Virus record (IMG/VR): IMGVR_UViG_3300042465_007929 | Location: 75,991 to 139,990 of that record | Length of the DNA stretch: 64,000 nucleotides | Direction: 5' to 3' (one strand) | Source: a virus | Shown: in pieces, positions 41,136 through 48,823 of the stretch | Layout of the letters: each line of letters starts with the position of its first letter | Position numbering within the stretch: position 1 is the first letter of the stretch | Notes under the pieces: generated by a model | Databases searched by the model: none | What the model saw: only the letters and a program-made list of their open reading frames with translations | What the model was told of the DNA's origin: nothing | Translations under genes and position numbers: made by a program

Positions 41136-41300
41136 ATGAAAAACATTATCCTTACTGCTCTGTTCTCCGCTTCTCACATTCTCATCTTCATGGTTGCCCG
41201 TGAATATCTGAACATGAAGGGCGAGCTAAACTTTCTTGTGTTCTGGTCAATGCTTGGCGTGACATGGGCCGCAGCGATTCGCGCTGAGTTGAAAAAATAA
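41136..41300 (+). CDS. Small two-helix membrane protein (54 aa), similar in plan to 40367
   Basis: MKNIILTALF...ELKK; promoter TTGACT-N18-TAAACT at 41098. Confidence 0.6.
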   Translation: MKNIILTALFSASHILIFMVAREYLNMKGELNFLVFWSMLGVTWAAAIRAELKK

Positions 41301-41323
41301 TTTCTGGTATAGTGTGTTAGGGG

Positions 41324-41364
41324 GGCTGGTTTCTGCGTAGTGGCGGAAACCAGCTTTCCTGTTT
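41324..41364 (+). terminator. Probable terminator hairpin
   Basis: GCTGGTTTCTGC...GCGGAAACCAGC followed by TTTCCTGTTT. Confidence 0.6.
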
Positions 41365-41424
41365 ATGAAAAAATAATTAAAAAAAGTCTTGACAACCTGC
41401 CAGCGCGTCTGAAATAAAAAAGTC

Positions 41425-41501
41425 ATAAGTCGCTAAGTATCAACGAGTTACAGAGGCGGGGCCGCAGCGTCGCCGTAAGTCGTTAATAATCAACGAGTTA
41501 C
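41425..41501. repeat. 77-bp paired-palindrome element, copy 3
   Basis: ataagtcgctaagtatcaacgagttac + 23 bp + gtaagtcgttaataatcaacgagttac. Confidence 0.95.
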
Positions 41502-41589
41502 GACATGTCAAGCAAAATAATAAAAAAATAATTAAAAAAAACATCAAAAAGTTCTTGTCATGGGGTCAGATCTTCTTTATTCTCTGGGC

Positions 41590-41928
41590 ATGAGCTTGCT
41601 CCCATTCCCATCCGATTCCGCCGACTACGAAGAATATTGCTCCGTCATGGAGGCGATGGCTGACGAGGCCGAAGCGTCCGCGCCTGATCCTGAGCCTGTG
41701 CATTCCGATGCTCGTTACACCGATGCCGAACTCTACCCCGAATCCCAGTATGGGGGCGATGGCCCTTGGAATGCCGACGAGGAGTCGGATGAGCTTCGCG
41801 CCCGTGAGGATGCCGACTACTATGCCTCCATGCACGAGTGCGAGAATGAACCAGAGGATCGCTACCTTGACTCCCAATGGGAGGATGCCAATGAGTACGG
41901 CATGGAGGGATGCTGCGGAGATTTTTGA
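41590..41928 (+). CDS. Extremely acidic 112-aa protein (candidate DNA mimic)
   Basis: By hand count 34 D/E, 4 R and 0 K. Promoter TTGTCA-N17-TATTCT at 41555. Only gene between elements 3 and 4. Confidence 0.65.
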   Translation: MSLLPFPSDSADYEEYCSVMEAMADEAEASAPDPEPVHSDARYTDAELYPESQYGGDGPWNADEESDELRAREDADYYASMHECENEPEDRYLDSQWEDANEYGMEGCCGDF

Positions 41929-41946
41929 AAAAAAGTCTTGACACGC

Positions 41947-42023
41947 CTAACTCGTTGAATATCAGCGAGTTACGGCGGCGGGGCGGCGCAGCCCCCATAA
42001 GTCGTTGATAATGAGTGACTTAC
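41947..42023. repeat. 77-bp paired-palindrome element, copy 4 (third degenerate palindrome at 42039-42065)
   Basis: ctaactcgttgaatatcagcgagttac + 23 bp + ataagtcgttgataatgagtgacttac. Confidence 0.95.
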
Positions 42024-42069
42024 AGAGATTTTGTTTTCCTAACTCATTGATGCTTAATGTGTTATCTCC

Positions 42070-42191
42070 TATTTGTGGCATAATAATTTGCAGCCTATTT
42101 GGGCTATAAAAATTTGCAGCCTATTTGTCAAGAAAAAAATCACAGCCTGTTAGGAATTTATTTTCATATTTAAGCAATAAAAGATTGCAGC
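42070..42191. repeat. Four direct repeats of TATTTR.-N9-.(A/T)T(C/T)(A/G)CAG, three at 26-bp period
   Basis: Copies start at 42070, 42096, 42122 and 42167. Confidence 0.75.
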
Positions 42192-42222
42192 CTAAAAGAG
42201 TTTCTGTCATTCTCTCCTTGCC

Positions 42223-42417
42223 ATGACATTTAAAGAACTCCTAGAATTAGAATCCTCATTCGACTCCTGCTTTAACGAACTGGTTTATCAGTTGAAACAA
42301 AAAGGAATGGATCGTGAATACTATGCACTACTCACAGAAAAATATCGGTCGTTGTCTGCTCAAATTGGCACACAATTAGATTTGATTTCTCTTGACGAAC
42401 AACCATTGAAAGACTAA
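42223..42417 (+). CDS. Small early protein
   Basis: Promoter TTGCAG-N17-CATTCT at 42185. Confidence 0.6.
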   Translation: MTFKELLELESSFDSCFNELVYQLKQKGMDREYYALLTEKYRSLSAQIGTQLDLISLDEQPLKD

Positions 42418-42429
42418 CCTATCCCTGCC

Positions 42430-42594
42430 ATGAAAACATTCATTAGCTCCGTTACAATCAACATCGAAATCCAAGCAGAGAATCTAATCGACGCTGAAGA
42501 GAAATTCTTTGAAATGGATTTCGCCATCACTCATCCCGACGGTCAAGAAGCCGATTGGACTTTTATCGAACAAGAAATGGAAGAAAAATACTAA
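42430..42594 (+). CDS. Small acidic early protein (54 aa, MKTFISSVTINIE...)
   Basis: Promoter TTGACG-N17-TAACCT at 42392. Confidence 0.6.
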   Translation: MKTFISSVTINIEIQAENLIDAEEKFFEMDFAITHPDGQEADWTFIEQEMEEKY

Positions 42595-42595
42595 T

Positions 42596-42748
42596 ATGAA
42601 ACTACTAAAGAAAATCTACAACAGGATCAATCCTCCACCACCATCAATCTATGGCAAGAACATCTTTGTTCAAAAAAGTTGGTTGACAAAACAGATGGAA
42701 GATGCTGTGTTCAATCAAGCAAAGAATCAAATCTATCAACTCCGATAA
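42596..42748 (+). CDS. Small protein (50 aa)
   Basis: ATG immediately after the previous stop codon. Confidence 0.5.
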   Translation: MKLLKKIYNRINPPPPSIYGKNIFVQKSWLTKQMEDAVFNQAKNQIYQLR

Positions 42749-42752
42749 TGTT

Positions 42753-42974
42753 ATGTACCTCGCAACTCTTATCCATAATCAATCTCTTGGCTGCATTTTC
42801 ATGTGTGACACTTTTGAAAAGGCACTCACAAAGGCTCATTCAATCGCTGTCAATACTCTTGATCGGGATCTGCTTGAAAATGAACTCTTTGATCTCGAAG
42901 AAACTGGAGAGATTTTCGTTGAATATGATGACGACAATCAATACACTTTCTGCGTGGCACTAATTGAAGACTAA
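42753..42974 (+). CDS. Small acidic protein (73 aa)
   Basis: Start MYLATLIH, 4 nt after the previous stop. Confidence 0.55.
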   Translation: MYLATLIHNQSLGCIFMCDTFEKALTKAHSIAVNTLDRDLLENELFDLEETGEIFVEYDDDNQYTFCVALIED

Positions 42975-42987
42975 ATAAAAAAATAAT

Positions 42988-43185
42988 ATGAAAAAAGATA
43001 ATACACTGAAGCGTTGGTTGAAACTTGGATGGTCTGCTAGCTGGACTGAGCGTGAAGACAAAGCGCACAAGGCAGGCATTCTCCTCGGAGTTAAGCAGGG
43101 TCTTGAAATGGCTCGACAAAAGGAAAATAATCGTAAGCGATTGAGTTATCAAAAAAAACTTGCAAACAAGTTGACTAGCGTTTAA
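42988..43185 (+). CDS. Small basic protein
   Basis: 65-aa ORF in the operon. Confidence 0.55.
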   Translation: MKKDNTLKRWLKLGWSASWTEREDKAHKAGILLGVKQGLEMARQKENNRKRLSYQKKLANKLTSV

Positions 43186-43194
43186 TCTTCGCCC

Positions 43195-43521
43195 ATGTCA
43201 GTAAATCCTCAAGAGGCGACACTCTATTGTCGTATGGAACTCAAAAGCTATGGCTTAAAAGATCATTCCATTGTGTGGCGCGAATGGTCACACACTCTTG
43301 GGGAAGCATGGCCCTCTAATAAAGAAATACATCTTAGCTTTAGATGTTTAAAAAATAAAGAATTGCTGATCGAAATCATAAAACATGAAATCGCTCATGT
43401 GTTAGACCATAAAGAACGTGGAACATTTTTGCGTAATGGTCGCAATGACTTTCACGGCGCAAACTGGAAAAAATGGTGCAAGGTTGTTGGCGTAAGACCT
43501 AGAAGGTTTATCCCTGTATAA
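43195..43521 (+). CDS. SprT-like zinc metalloprotease
   Basis: LG.A......I.LS, HEIAH and HGANWKKWC..VG SprT motifs. Its stop codon is the TAA that begins element 5. Confidence 0.8.
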   Translation: MSVNPQEATLYCRMELKSYGLKDHSIVWREWSHTLGEAWPSNKEIHLSFRCLKNKELLIEIIKHEIAHVLDHKERGTFLRNGRNDFHGANWKKWCKVVGVRPRRFIPV

Positions 43522-43594
43522 GTCGTTGATTATCAACGAGTTGCGGGGGCGCGGGGGCAGAGCCGCCATAAGTCGTTGATTCTTAGCGAGTTAT
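43518..43594. repeat. 77-bp paired-palindrome element, copy 5
   Basis: ataagtcgttgattatcaacgagttgc + 23 bp + ataagtcgttgattcttagcgagttat. Confidence 0.95.
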
Positions 43595-43700
43595 AAACAA
43601 TTAATTTCTTAGCCCCAAAAGCTTGTCAAGCAAAAAAGAATTTTATTTTTTATCAAATAGTTCTTGCAGGTATGGGGCATTCTGTTATTCTTTGGTCGCA

Positions 43701-44015
43701 ATGAACGAACCCTACGAACACTATCTAACTAACGGAGTCGATCTTCGTATTCCGCTCCATGCTCGCGCATACCTTAAAGCAGCAAGCCATTATCTTTCCA
43801 GTTGGCCGCAAGATTGGAGTGCAGAGCGTCTTTCCCTTGCTATCATGGCAGACGAAGATGAACCAGAAAGCCAAGCATTGAAAGACCGTAAAGAAGTTAA
43901 AGTTTGGGAGGCTCTAGACAGAGTTTGGGAGAATCTAGAAACAACGGAAGACGCTGGGCTTTATGTTGAAACAATGATTGCTAATCTTGCAGAAGACTTT
44001 ATCCTTTTCAAATAA
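43701..44015 (+). CDS. Early protein (104 aa)
   Basis: Start MNEPYEHY after TTGCAG-N16-TATTCT at 43664. Confidence 0.6.
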   Translation: MNEPYEHYLTNGVDLRIPLHARAYLKAASHYLSSWPQDWSAERLSLAIMADEDEPESQALKDRKEVKVWEALDRVWENLETTEDAGLYVETMIANLAEDFILFK

Positions 44016-44016
44016 G

Positions 44017-44235
44017 ATGAAAAACACTTTAGAAAAACTCAACGAAGTAAAAACATTTCTCAATACTTTGCTTGACAGCTCAAACGAAGAAGCGATAGAC
44101 TTGCTCGTCAACTATGGCGAAGACATCGAAGAAACATTACAAAAAGCCATTAACCAAATAATCTTATCAAAAACAAATGATCTCTGTATACCTACAAAAC
44201 AAAACATATTCGACCTTGATTGCAAAATTTGCTGA
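44017..44235 (+). CDS. Small protein
   Basis: ATG right after the previous stop; overlaps the next ORF. Confidence 0.45.
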   Translation: MKNTLEKLNEVKTFLNTLLDSSNEEAIDLLVNYGEDIEETLQKAINQIILSKTNDLCIPTKQNIFDLDCKIC

Positions 44236-44338
44236 TGACGAAATCTATCAGCTTTGCTTTCCTACTTTACAAAAAGAAGCTAGCACATATGGTTGGATCA
44301 TCACCGAAACGAAAGACGAGAACCCCTTAGAAGATTAA
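44177..44338 (+). CDS. Small protein (53 aa, MISVYLQNK...)
   Basis: Read manually; fills a gap in the operon. Confidence 0.45.
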   Translation: MISVYLQNKTYSTLIAKFADDEIYQLCFPTLQKEASTYGWIITETKDENPLED

Positions 44339-44342
44339 AAGC

Positions 44343-44510
44343 ATGAAACATTTAGTATTTACAGTTACAAACGGCTTTGTAGAATTTCGCATGGGCGGAC
44401 GCATGGGGAGTCATCCCCTTGGGGACGATTCGCCAGATTGGGTTATCGACTACTTAATCAAAATAATCAATCCAGACACACATGAAATCATACGATCCAA
44501 AACGAATTAA
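44343..44510 (+). CDS. Small protein (55 aa, MKHLVFTV...)
   Basis: Read manually; ATG 4 nt after the previous stop. Confidence 0.45.
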   Translation: MKHLVFTVTNGFVEFRMGGRMGSHPLGDDSPDWVIDYLIKIINPDTHEIIRSKTN

Positions 44511-44670
44511 AGTAAAGGCAACAGTTATCATTGACATGGAAATCAATGACGGCTATACCCTTGAGGAAGCAATCGACAATCTTGTAGTCAATATGCACTG
44601 CAATCATACAGATTCTGCTTATGTGTTTGATAGTGAATTAACCTCTTACCAACCCCTATATCAATTATGA
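44482..44670 (+). CDS. Small protein
   Basis: 62-aa ORF in the operon. Confidence 0.5.
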   Translation: MKSYDPKRIKVKATVIIDMEINDGYTLEEAIDNLVVNMHCNHTDSAYVFDSELTSYQPLYQL

Positions 44671-44843
44671 CTGAAGAAATGCAATATGTAATCAATAGCC
44701 CTTATACAAGCTATTGGTTGAGGAATGCAATCCAAGAATGTCTTGCGCGTGATGCGCTGGATGCAAGAGCAGATGCAAAACTATTGTTTAATCTTTTAAA
44801 CGATAGGCTGAACGAAATGCTTGACAAACATAAATCTGTTTGA
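44667..44843 (+). CDS. Small protein (58 aa; SYWLRNAI..CL.RDA.DA.ADA motif)
   Basis: ATGA overlap with the previous gene; read manually. Confidence 0.55.
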   Translation: MTEEMQYVINSPYTSYWLRNAIQECLARDALDARADAKLLFNLLNDRLNEMLDKHKSV

Positions 44844-44855
44844 TTCTCTTCCCCT

Positions 44856-44932
44856 GTAAGTCGTTGAAACTCAGCGACTTATGGCGGCGGGGCGGCAGCG
44901 CCGTTGTAACTCGTTGATAATGAGTGAGTTAC
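44856..44932. repeat. 77-bp paired-palindrome element, copy 6
   Basis: gtaagtcgttgaaactcagcgacttat + ggcggcggggcggcagcgccgtt + gtaactcgttgataatgagtgagttac. Confidence 0.95.
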
Positions 44933-45078
44933 GCAAGTACTAAGACAGTAGTAGTTGGCGGGTGTCAAGCGAAAAAGAAAAAAGAATTTTCAGAAAAGAT
45001 CAAAAAAGATGTTGCAGTCCCACTCATAACGGGTTAATCTTTCCCCGTCTCCAGTAAACAACTAAACCAATAAAAAAT

Positions 45079-45819
45079 ATGTCACTTATCATCTCAAGCA
45101 ACAAAGTATCCGCCGAACAACTCGCCAGCGTCTTCACGCCAGCGAAAACTGATTCGCATCAGCCAATCGCTCACTCTGTCCTTGTCGATATGACCCGCGA
45201 AGCTCTCGACCGTGTTGGCTTGCAAATCCGCGAGGAAGAGCATGGTCTTGCCAATGGCGGCTTGAACTACTTTGGTGGCTTTGCCCTCAAAGGTTCCGAC
45301 ATCTATTCGGCGGAACGTGAAATCGTTCTTGGTCTTCGCAATTCAAACAATAAGCGTTTCGCTGCTTCGATCTGCCTTGGCAATCGCATGATGGTTTGCG
45401 AAAACCTTTGCTTCTCGTCTGACGTGAAGCTGTCCCGCACTCATACAACGCACATCATGCGCGATCTTCCGCGCATCATTGCCGATGCCATGAGCCGCGT
45501 TGTCACTTCATGGAATGACATGGAACAACGCATCGAAAGCTACAAGAACACCGAAATTTCCAGCCGCCGCGCTGAAAACATTGTTGTTGACTTGGCCGAT
45601 TCAAAGGCTTTGCCAATCCGTGAAATTTACAACACCATTCAGGAATTTCGCAACCCTCGCCATGAGGATTTCAAGGGCGGAACCTTGTGGAGTCTTTACA
45701 ACGCCGTGACTGAAAACCTCAAAGGTTCTTGCTTTACCAAACTGCCACAGCGCACGATGGTAACGCAAAGCATCTTTGATCGTATCGCAAAGCCAGCTCA
45801 AATTTTGGTCGAGGTCTGA
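45079..45819 (+). CDS. DUF932-family protein
   Basis: TP..T.SH.PI.H, LGLRNS, G.R..VCENL.F, RTHT and TLWSLYNAVTE motifs; only gene between elements 6 and 7. Confidence 0.75.
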   Translation: MSLIISSNKVSAEQLASVFTPAKTDSHQPIAHSVLVDMTREALDRVGLQIREEEHGLANGGLNYFGGFALKGSDIYSAEREIVLGLRNSNNKRFAASICLGNRMMVCENLCFSSDVKLSRTHTTHIMRDLPRIIADAMSRVVTSWNDMEQRIESYKNTEISSRRAENIVVDLADSKALPIREIYNTIQEFRNPRHEDFKGGTLWSLYNAVTENLKGSCFTKLPQRTMVTQSIFDRIAKPAQILVEV

Positions 45820-45832
45820 TCCGTATGCCGCG

Positions 45833-45861
45833 AGCCTCGCCCCGAAAGGGGCGGGGTTTTT
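45833..45861 (+). terminator. Intrinsic terminator
   Basis: AGCCTCGCCCC-GAAA-GGGGCGGGGTTTTT. Confidence 0.8.
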
Positions 45862-45888
45862 CGCGTTGTCAAGAAAAAACTTTCAGTC

Positions 45889-45965
45889 ATAACTCACTAA
45901 GTATCAAGGAGTTACGGGGGCGCGGGGGCCGCGCTGTCCTAAGTCGTTGATAATCAACGAGTTAC
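45889..45965. repeat. 77-bp paired-palindrome element, copy 7
   Basis: ataactcactaagtatcaaggagttac + 23 bp + ctaagtcgttgataatcaacgagttac. Confidence 0.95.
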
Positions 45966-46071
45966 GCTGTCAACAAAAAACATAAAAAATCTCCTGTCAA
46001 GTAAAATAAAATAAAAAATAAATGCAGAAAAGTCTTGTGCATCTCTCGCGTTTTGCTAACCTGTGGGCCAC

Positions 46072-46779
46072 ATGAACTTGCTCAACTCTGGAAACTCCAA
46101 AACTCGTAAAGGTGAAAAAAAAGGCTGGACGACGTTCGGCATTCACCTAGCTCCCGCCTCTCTGTCTGGTTTCAATGTTTGCGACTCGTCAAGTGCGGGT
46201 TGCCGTTGGGCTTGCCTCAACACTTCGGGGCGTGGCGCAATGTCTTCCGTGCAACGCGCACGAATTGCAAAAACAAAATTGTTCTTTACTGACAAGCGGC
46301 TTTTCATGTCGATGCTCTTCAAAGAAATCACAGCAGGAATTAAGAAATCCGCAAAGACTGGAATGCGTCCTTGTTTCCGTCTCAATCTGACTTCTGATCT
46401 GCCTTGGGAAAAAATAAAGTTCGATGGATGCACTGTCATGGAAGCATTCCCAAACGTGCAATTTTACGATTATTGCAAGTCACCAGAACGCATGACTAAA
46501 TTTCTGGCGGGTGAAATGCCAGCAAACTATCACTTGACCTTTTCCCGCAGTGAAGAGAATGGCGATGTTGCTTTGGCTTTCCTCAAGTCTGGCGGCAATG
46601 TTGCAATGGTCTTTCGTAATTCTCTCCCCTCTTCTTACTTTGGCCATGAGGTAATCGACGGAGACGAAACCGATTTGCGCTTCCTCGACGGTTCGGGCAA
46701 GATCATTGGTCTGAAAGAAAAGGGTCTTGCTAAAAAAGACTCGACAGGCTTTGTCCTCGAACCTACACTTGCATCATGA
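46072..46779 (+). CDS. GP88-like protein with a Cys cluster
   Basis: C.SSSAGC..ACL..SGRG, RLN.TSD..WE, VQFYDY.K, NYHLTFS and DGD.TDLRFLD motifs. Start MNLLNSG after promoter 46035. Confidence 0.65.
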   Translation: MNLLNSGNSKTRKGEKKGWTTFGIHLAPASLSGFNVCDSSSAGCRWACLNTSGRGAMSSVQRARIAKTKLFFTDKRLFMSMLFKEITAGIKKSAKTGMRPCFRLNLTSDLPWEKIKFDGCTVMEAFPNVQFYDYCKSPERMTKFLAGEMPANYHLTFSRSEENGDVALAFLKSGGNVAMVFRNSLPSSYFGHEVIDGDETDLRFLDGSGKIIGLKEKGLAKKDSTGFVLEPTLAS

Positions 46780-46882
46780 AGCCTTGGCAATACCTGATTC
46801 TGTTTTTTACTTTTCTGATTCTCGCTTTCCATCGAGACAGAAAAAACATCTTCAAGCGTGAACTTAACCCAGAAAATTTTGA

Positions 46883-47080
46883 ATGAACCTTTTTCAATTC
46901 ATCGAAGATGTTGATGCTGGCAAGTTCTTTGTTTCTGCCGTGCATGATGGTTGCAGCGTAACAAACATTGCGATTTATCCCATAGTTGATTCTTTAGTAT
47001 ATCCTGCGCTACTCATGGACTTGCATTCGATGCAGCCTCTGATTGATATGGTAGAGGATAAACTTGCGGAAGTTGCATGA
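46883..47080 (+). CDS. Small protein
   Basis: 65 aa; preceded by a 36-aa hydrophobic ORF (46776-46886) with ATGA overlaps. Confidence 0.5.
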   Translation: MNLFQFIEDVDAGKFFVSAVHDGCSVTNIAIYPIVDSLVYPALLMDLHSMQPLIDMVEDKLAEVA

Positions 47081-47091
47081 GATAAAATTGT

Positions 47092-47117
47092 CCACCTCGC
47101 AAGAGGTGGCTTTTTTG
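47092..47117 (+). terminator. Intrinsic terminator
   Basis: CCACCTC-GCAA-GAGGTGG-CTTTTTT. Confidence 0.8.
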
Positions 47118-47174
47118 TGAAAATTTCTTAAAATAATTCTTGACAAGCGAAAAAAGTTCTGAAAATAAAAAGTC

Positions 47175-47251
47175 ATAAGTGACTCATTATCAACGAGTTA
47201 GGGAGGCGGGGCCGGGACGCGCCCGTAAGTCCTTTAGTATCAGTGAGTTAT
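47175..47251. repeat. 77-bp paired-palindrome element, copy 8
   Basis: ataagtgactcattatcaacgagttag + 23 bp + gtaagtcctttagtatcagtgagttat. Confidence 0.93.
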
Positions 47252-47316
47252 AAAAGAAAAAAAATAATAAAAAACTTGTTGACGTTGTGAGCTGACTGGG
47301 TTAATCTCTCCCCGTC

Positions 47317-47610
47317 ATGAAAAAACTATTCTTTGAATACACGCTTGCTGCCTTTCCAATCTACGACGAAGGAAAGAAACTCTTTTCAGAAGTCATCGTC
47401 GAAGACGATATGGATGACGATTGCATTCTTGAAACCATCTTTGCTTGGTGCAATAATGGATCGCGCAGAGAATGTCAAGCATTTCTTGATTCAAATCTTC
47501 GCTCTCTTTCCGTCGGTGATTATGTTACTATTGGCACTTGCTTTTCCGACGCTCGCAAGTATCGTTGTGAATCGCAGGGCTGGACTCACTTCCTTGCAAG
47601 ACTCCACTAA
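47317..47610 (+). CDS. Early protein (RSLSVGD motif)
   Basis: Promoter TTGACG-N17-TAATCT at 47279. Confidence 0.65.
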   Translation: MKKLFFEYTLAAFPIYDEGKKLFSEVIVEDDMDDDCILETIFAWCNNGSRRECQAFLDSNLRSLSVGDYVTIGTCFSDARKYRCESQGWTHFLARLH

Positions 47611-47614
47611 TACC

Positions 47615-47992
47615 ATGAAACAAATCCAAGTATACTACAACTTCCGCAAAAAGCTTTTCTCCGTTCAAGAGAAGATCAATGGCAAGTGGAAGGTCGTTGA
47701 ACACACAAACGAAATCTTTATCCGTAATGCCACGTTCAAGGTGAGCGAGGCAGGGCGGCAAAGAGTAATCAAGGAGAAGCGCAAAAATGTTCATGCAAAG
47801 ATCGTGGGTGAGCGTTTCCCATTCATCCCCAAGTCTTTTGTCTACCGCGACGAAGTTTCTTACAACCCTTACAAGGGACCAAACTTTATGGTAGTATCAG
47901 AACAAAAACCTCTTGACTGGGCAAAATATGTCACTATTCTCAACGGCAAGGTGATCGCACTGATCCCCGAATTCAAAGGAACAAGAATCTAA
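47615..47992 (+). CDS. Conserved phage hypothetical protein (GRQRV..EKRKNVHA...YNPYK motif)
   Basis: Start reassigned to MKQIQVYYN. Confidence 0.65.
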   Translation: MKQIQVYYNFRKKLFSVQEKINGKWKVVEHTNEIFIRNATFKVSEAGRQRVIKEKRKNVHAKIVGERFPFIPKSFVYRDEVSYNPYKGPNFMVVSEQKPLDWAKYVTILNGKVIALIPEFKGTRI

Positions 47993-48003
47993 CAACTAAA
48001 ACT

Positions 48004-48351
48004 ATGGGCCTCGATCAATACGCAAAAGTTCGCAATCCAAAAACGCAAGAAATGGAGGAGTTCCACTACTGGCGCAAACATAACGCTCTGCATGGGTGGA
48101 TGGAAAATCTCTGGAAGTCCAAGGGTAATACTGGCGAGTTCAACTGCGAACCAGTCCAGCTTTCCCATGCCGATCTTGATTCACTCAAGAAGGATCTTAT
48201 GGCAAGCAGCTTGCCAGAGACAAAAGGATTCTTTTTCGGTTCTGATAGCAACCTCGACGATTCGCGTCTGATGGATGACCTTCACTTCATCGCACAAGCA
48301 AAAGAACATCTTGACGTAGGGATGGAAGTCGCCTACGATTCTTGGTGGTAA
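48004..48351 (+). CDS. Conserved phage hypothetical protein (MGLDQY...YWRKHN.LHGW...GFFFG...YDSWW)
   Basis: Recognisable motif set of a widespread phage family of unknown function. Confidence 0.7.
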   Translation: MGLDQYAKVRNPKTQEMEEFHYWRKHNALHGWMENLWKSKGNTGEFNCEPVQLSHADLDSLKKDLMASSLPETKGFFFGSDSNLDDSRLMDDLHFIAQAKEHLDVGMEVAYDSWW

Positions 48352-48376
48352 GATAAATCTCCAACAAACAAACACT

Positions 48377-48643
48377 ATGATACAAATTGCACAAAAAATG
48401 ACAATGTGGGAAGAGTTCAATATCGAAGACGATATGCAAGAATCTCTTTTGAGCTATCTCAAAGACTTTCCCAACGCCGATTATAATGACCTTTATAACT
48501 GGGCTTGTGACAATGGTTGCGATCCAGAGTCTCACACTCTGGAAGGAACCGAAGAAGTTCTAACGCCAGAAGATAATGGTGGGCAATCTACTCTTGAAAT
48601 CACCGCATTCCCAAACAATAAAATCATTTTTCAAAACGCATGA
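48377..48643 (+). CDS. Small acidic protein
   Basis: 88 aa, D/E-rich. Confidence 0.6.
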   Translation: MIQIAQKMTMWEEFNIEDDMQESLLSYLKDFPNADYNDLYNWACDNGCDPESHTLEGTEEVLTPEDNGGQSTLEITAFPNNKIIFQNA

Positions 48644-48810
48644 ACCACATTGACTTTATCATGGCCTACGAAGGTGGGGAAATCACAACAGAAGAAGAAT
48701 TGATCGCTGGCTTTCAAGCTATGATCGACGACGGCTCTGTCTGGGAACTTCAAGGGTTCTATGGGCGAACTGCTCGCGGCTTGATTGATTGTGGCGATTG
48801 CCACGCATAA
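48640..48810 (+). CDS. Small conserved phage protein (IMAYE.GE...FQ..ID.G..W.LQG.YGR.A)
   Basis: 56 aa, ATGA overlap; read manually. Confidence 0.65.
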   Translation: MNHIDFIMAYEGGEITTEEELIAGFQAMIDDGSVWELQGFYGRTARGLIDCGDCHA

Positions 48811-48823
48811 AAGCTTGACTCTC

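Noticed and set aside
37508-48535. Minus-strand ORFs across the early block and N-terminally extended plus-strand starts
   Set aside because: Promoter geometry and codon usage support plus-strand genes with later ATGs; the extensions run through promoters and A-tracts.
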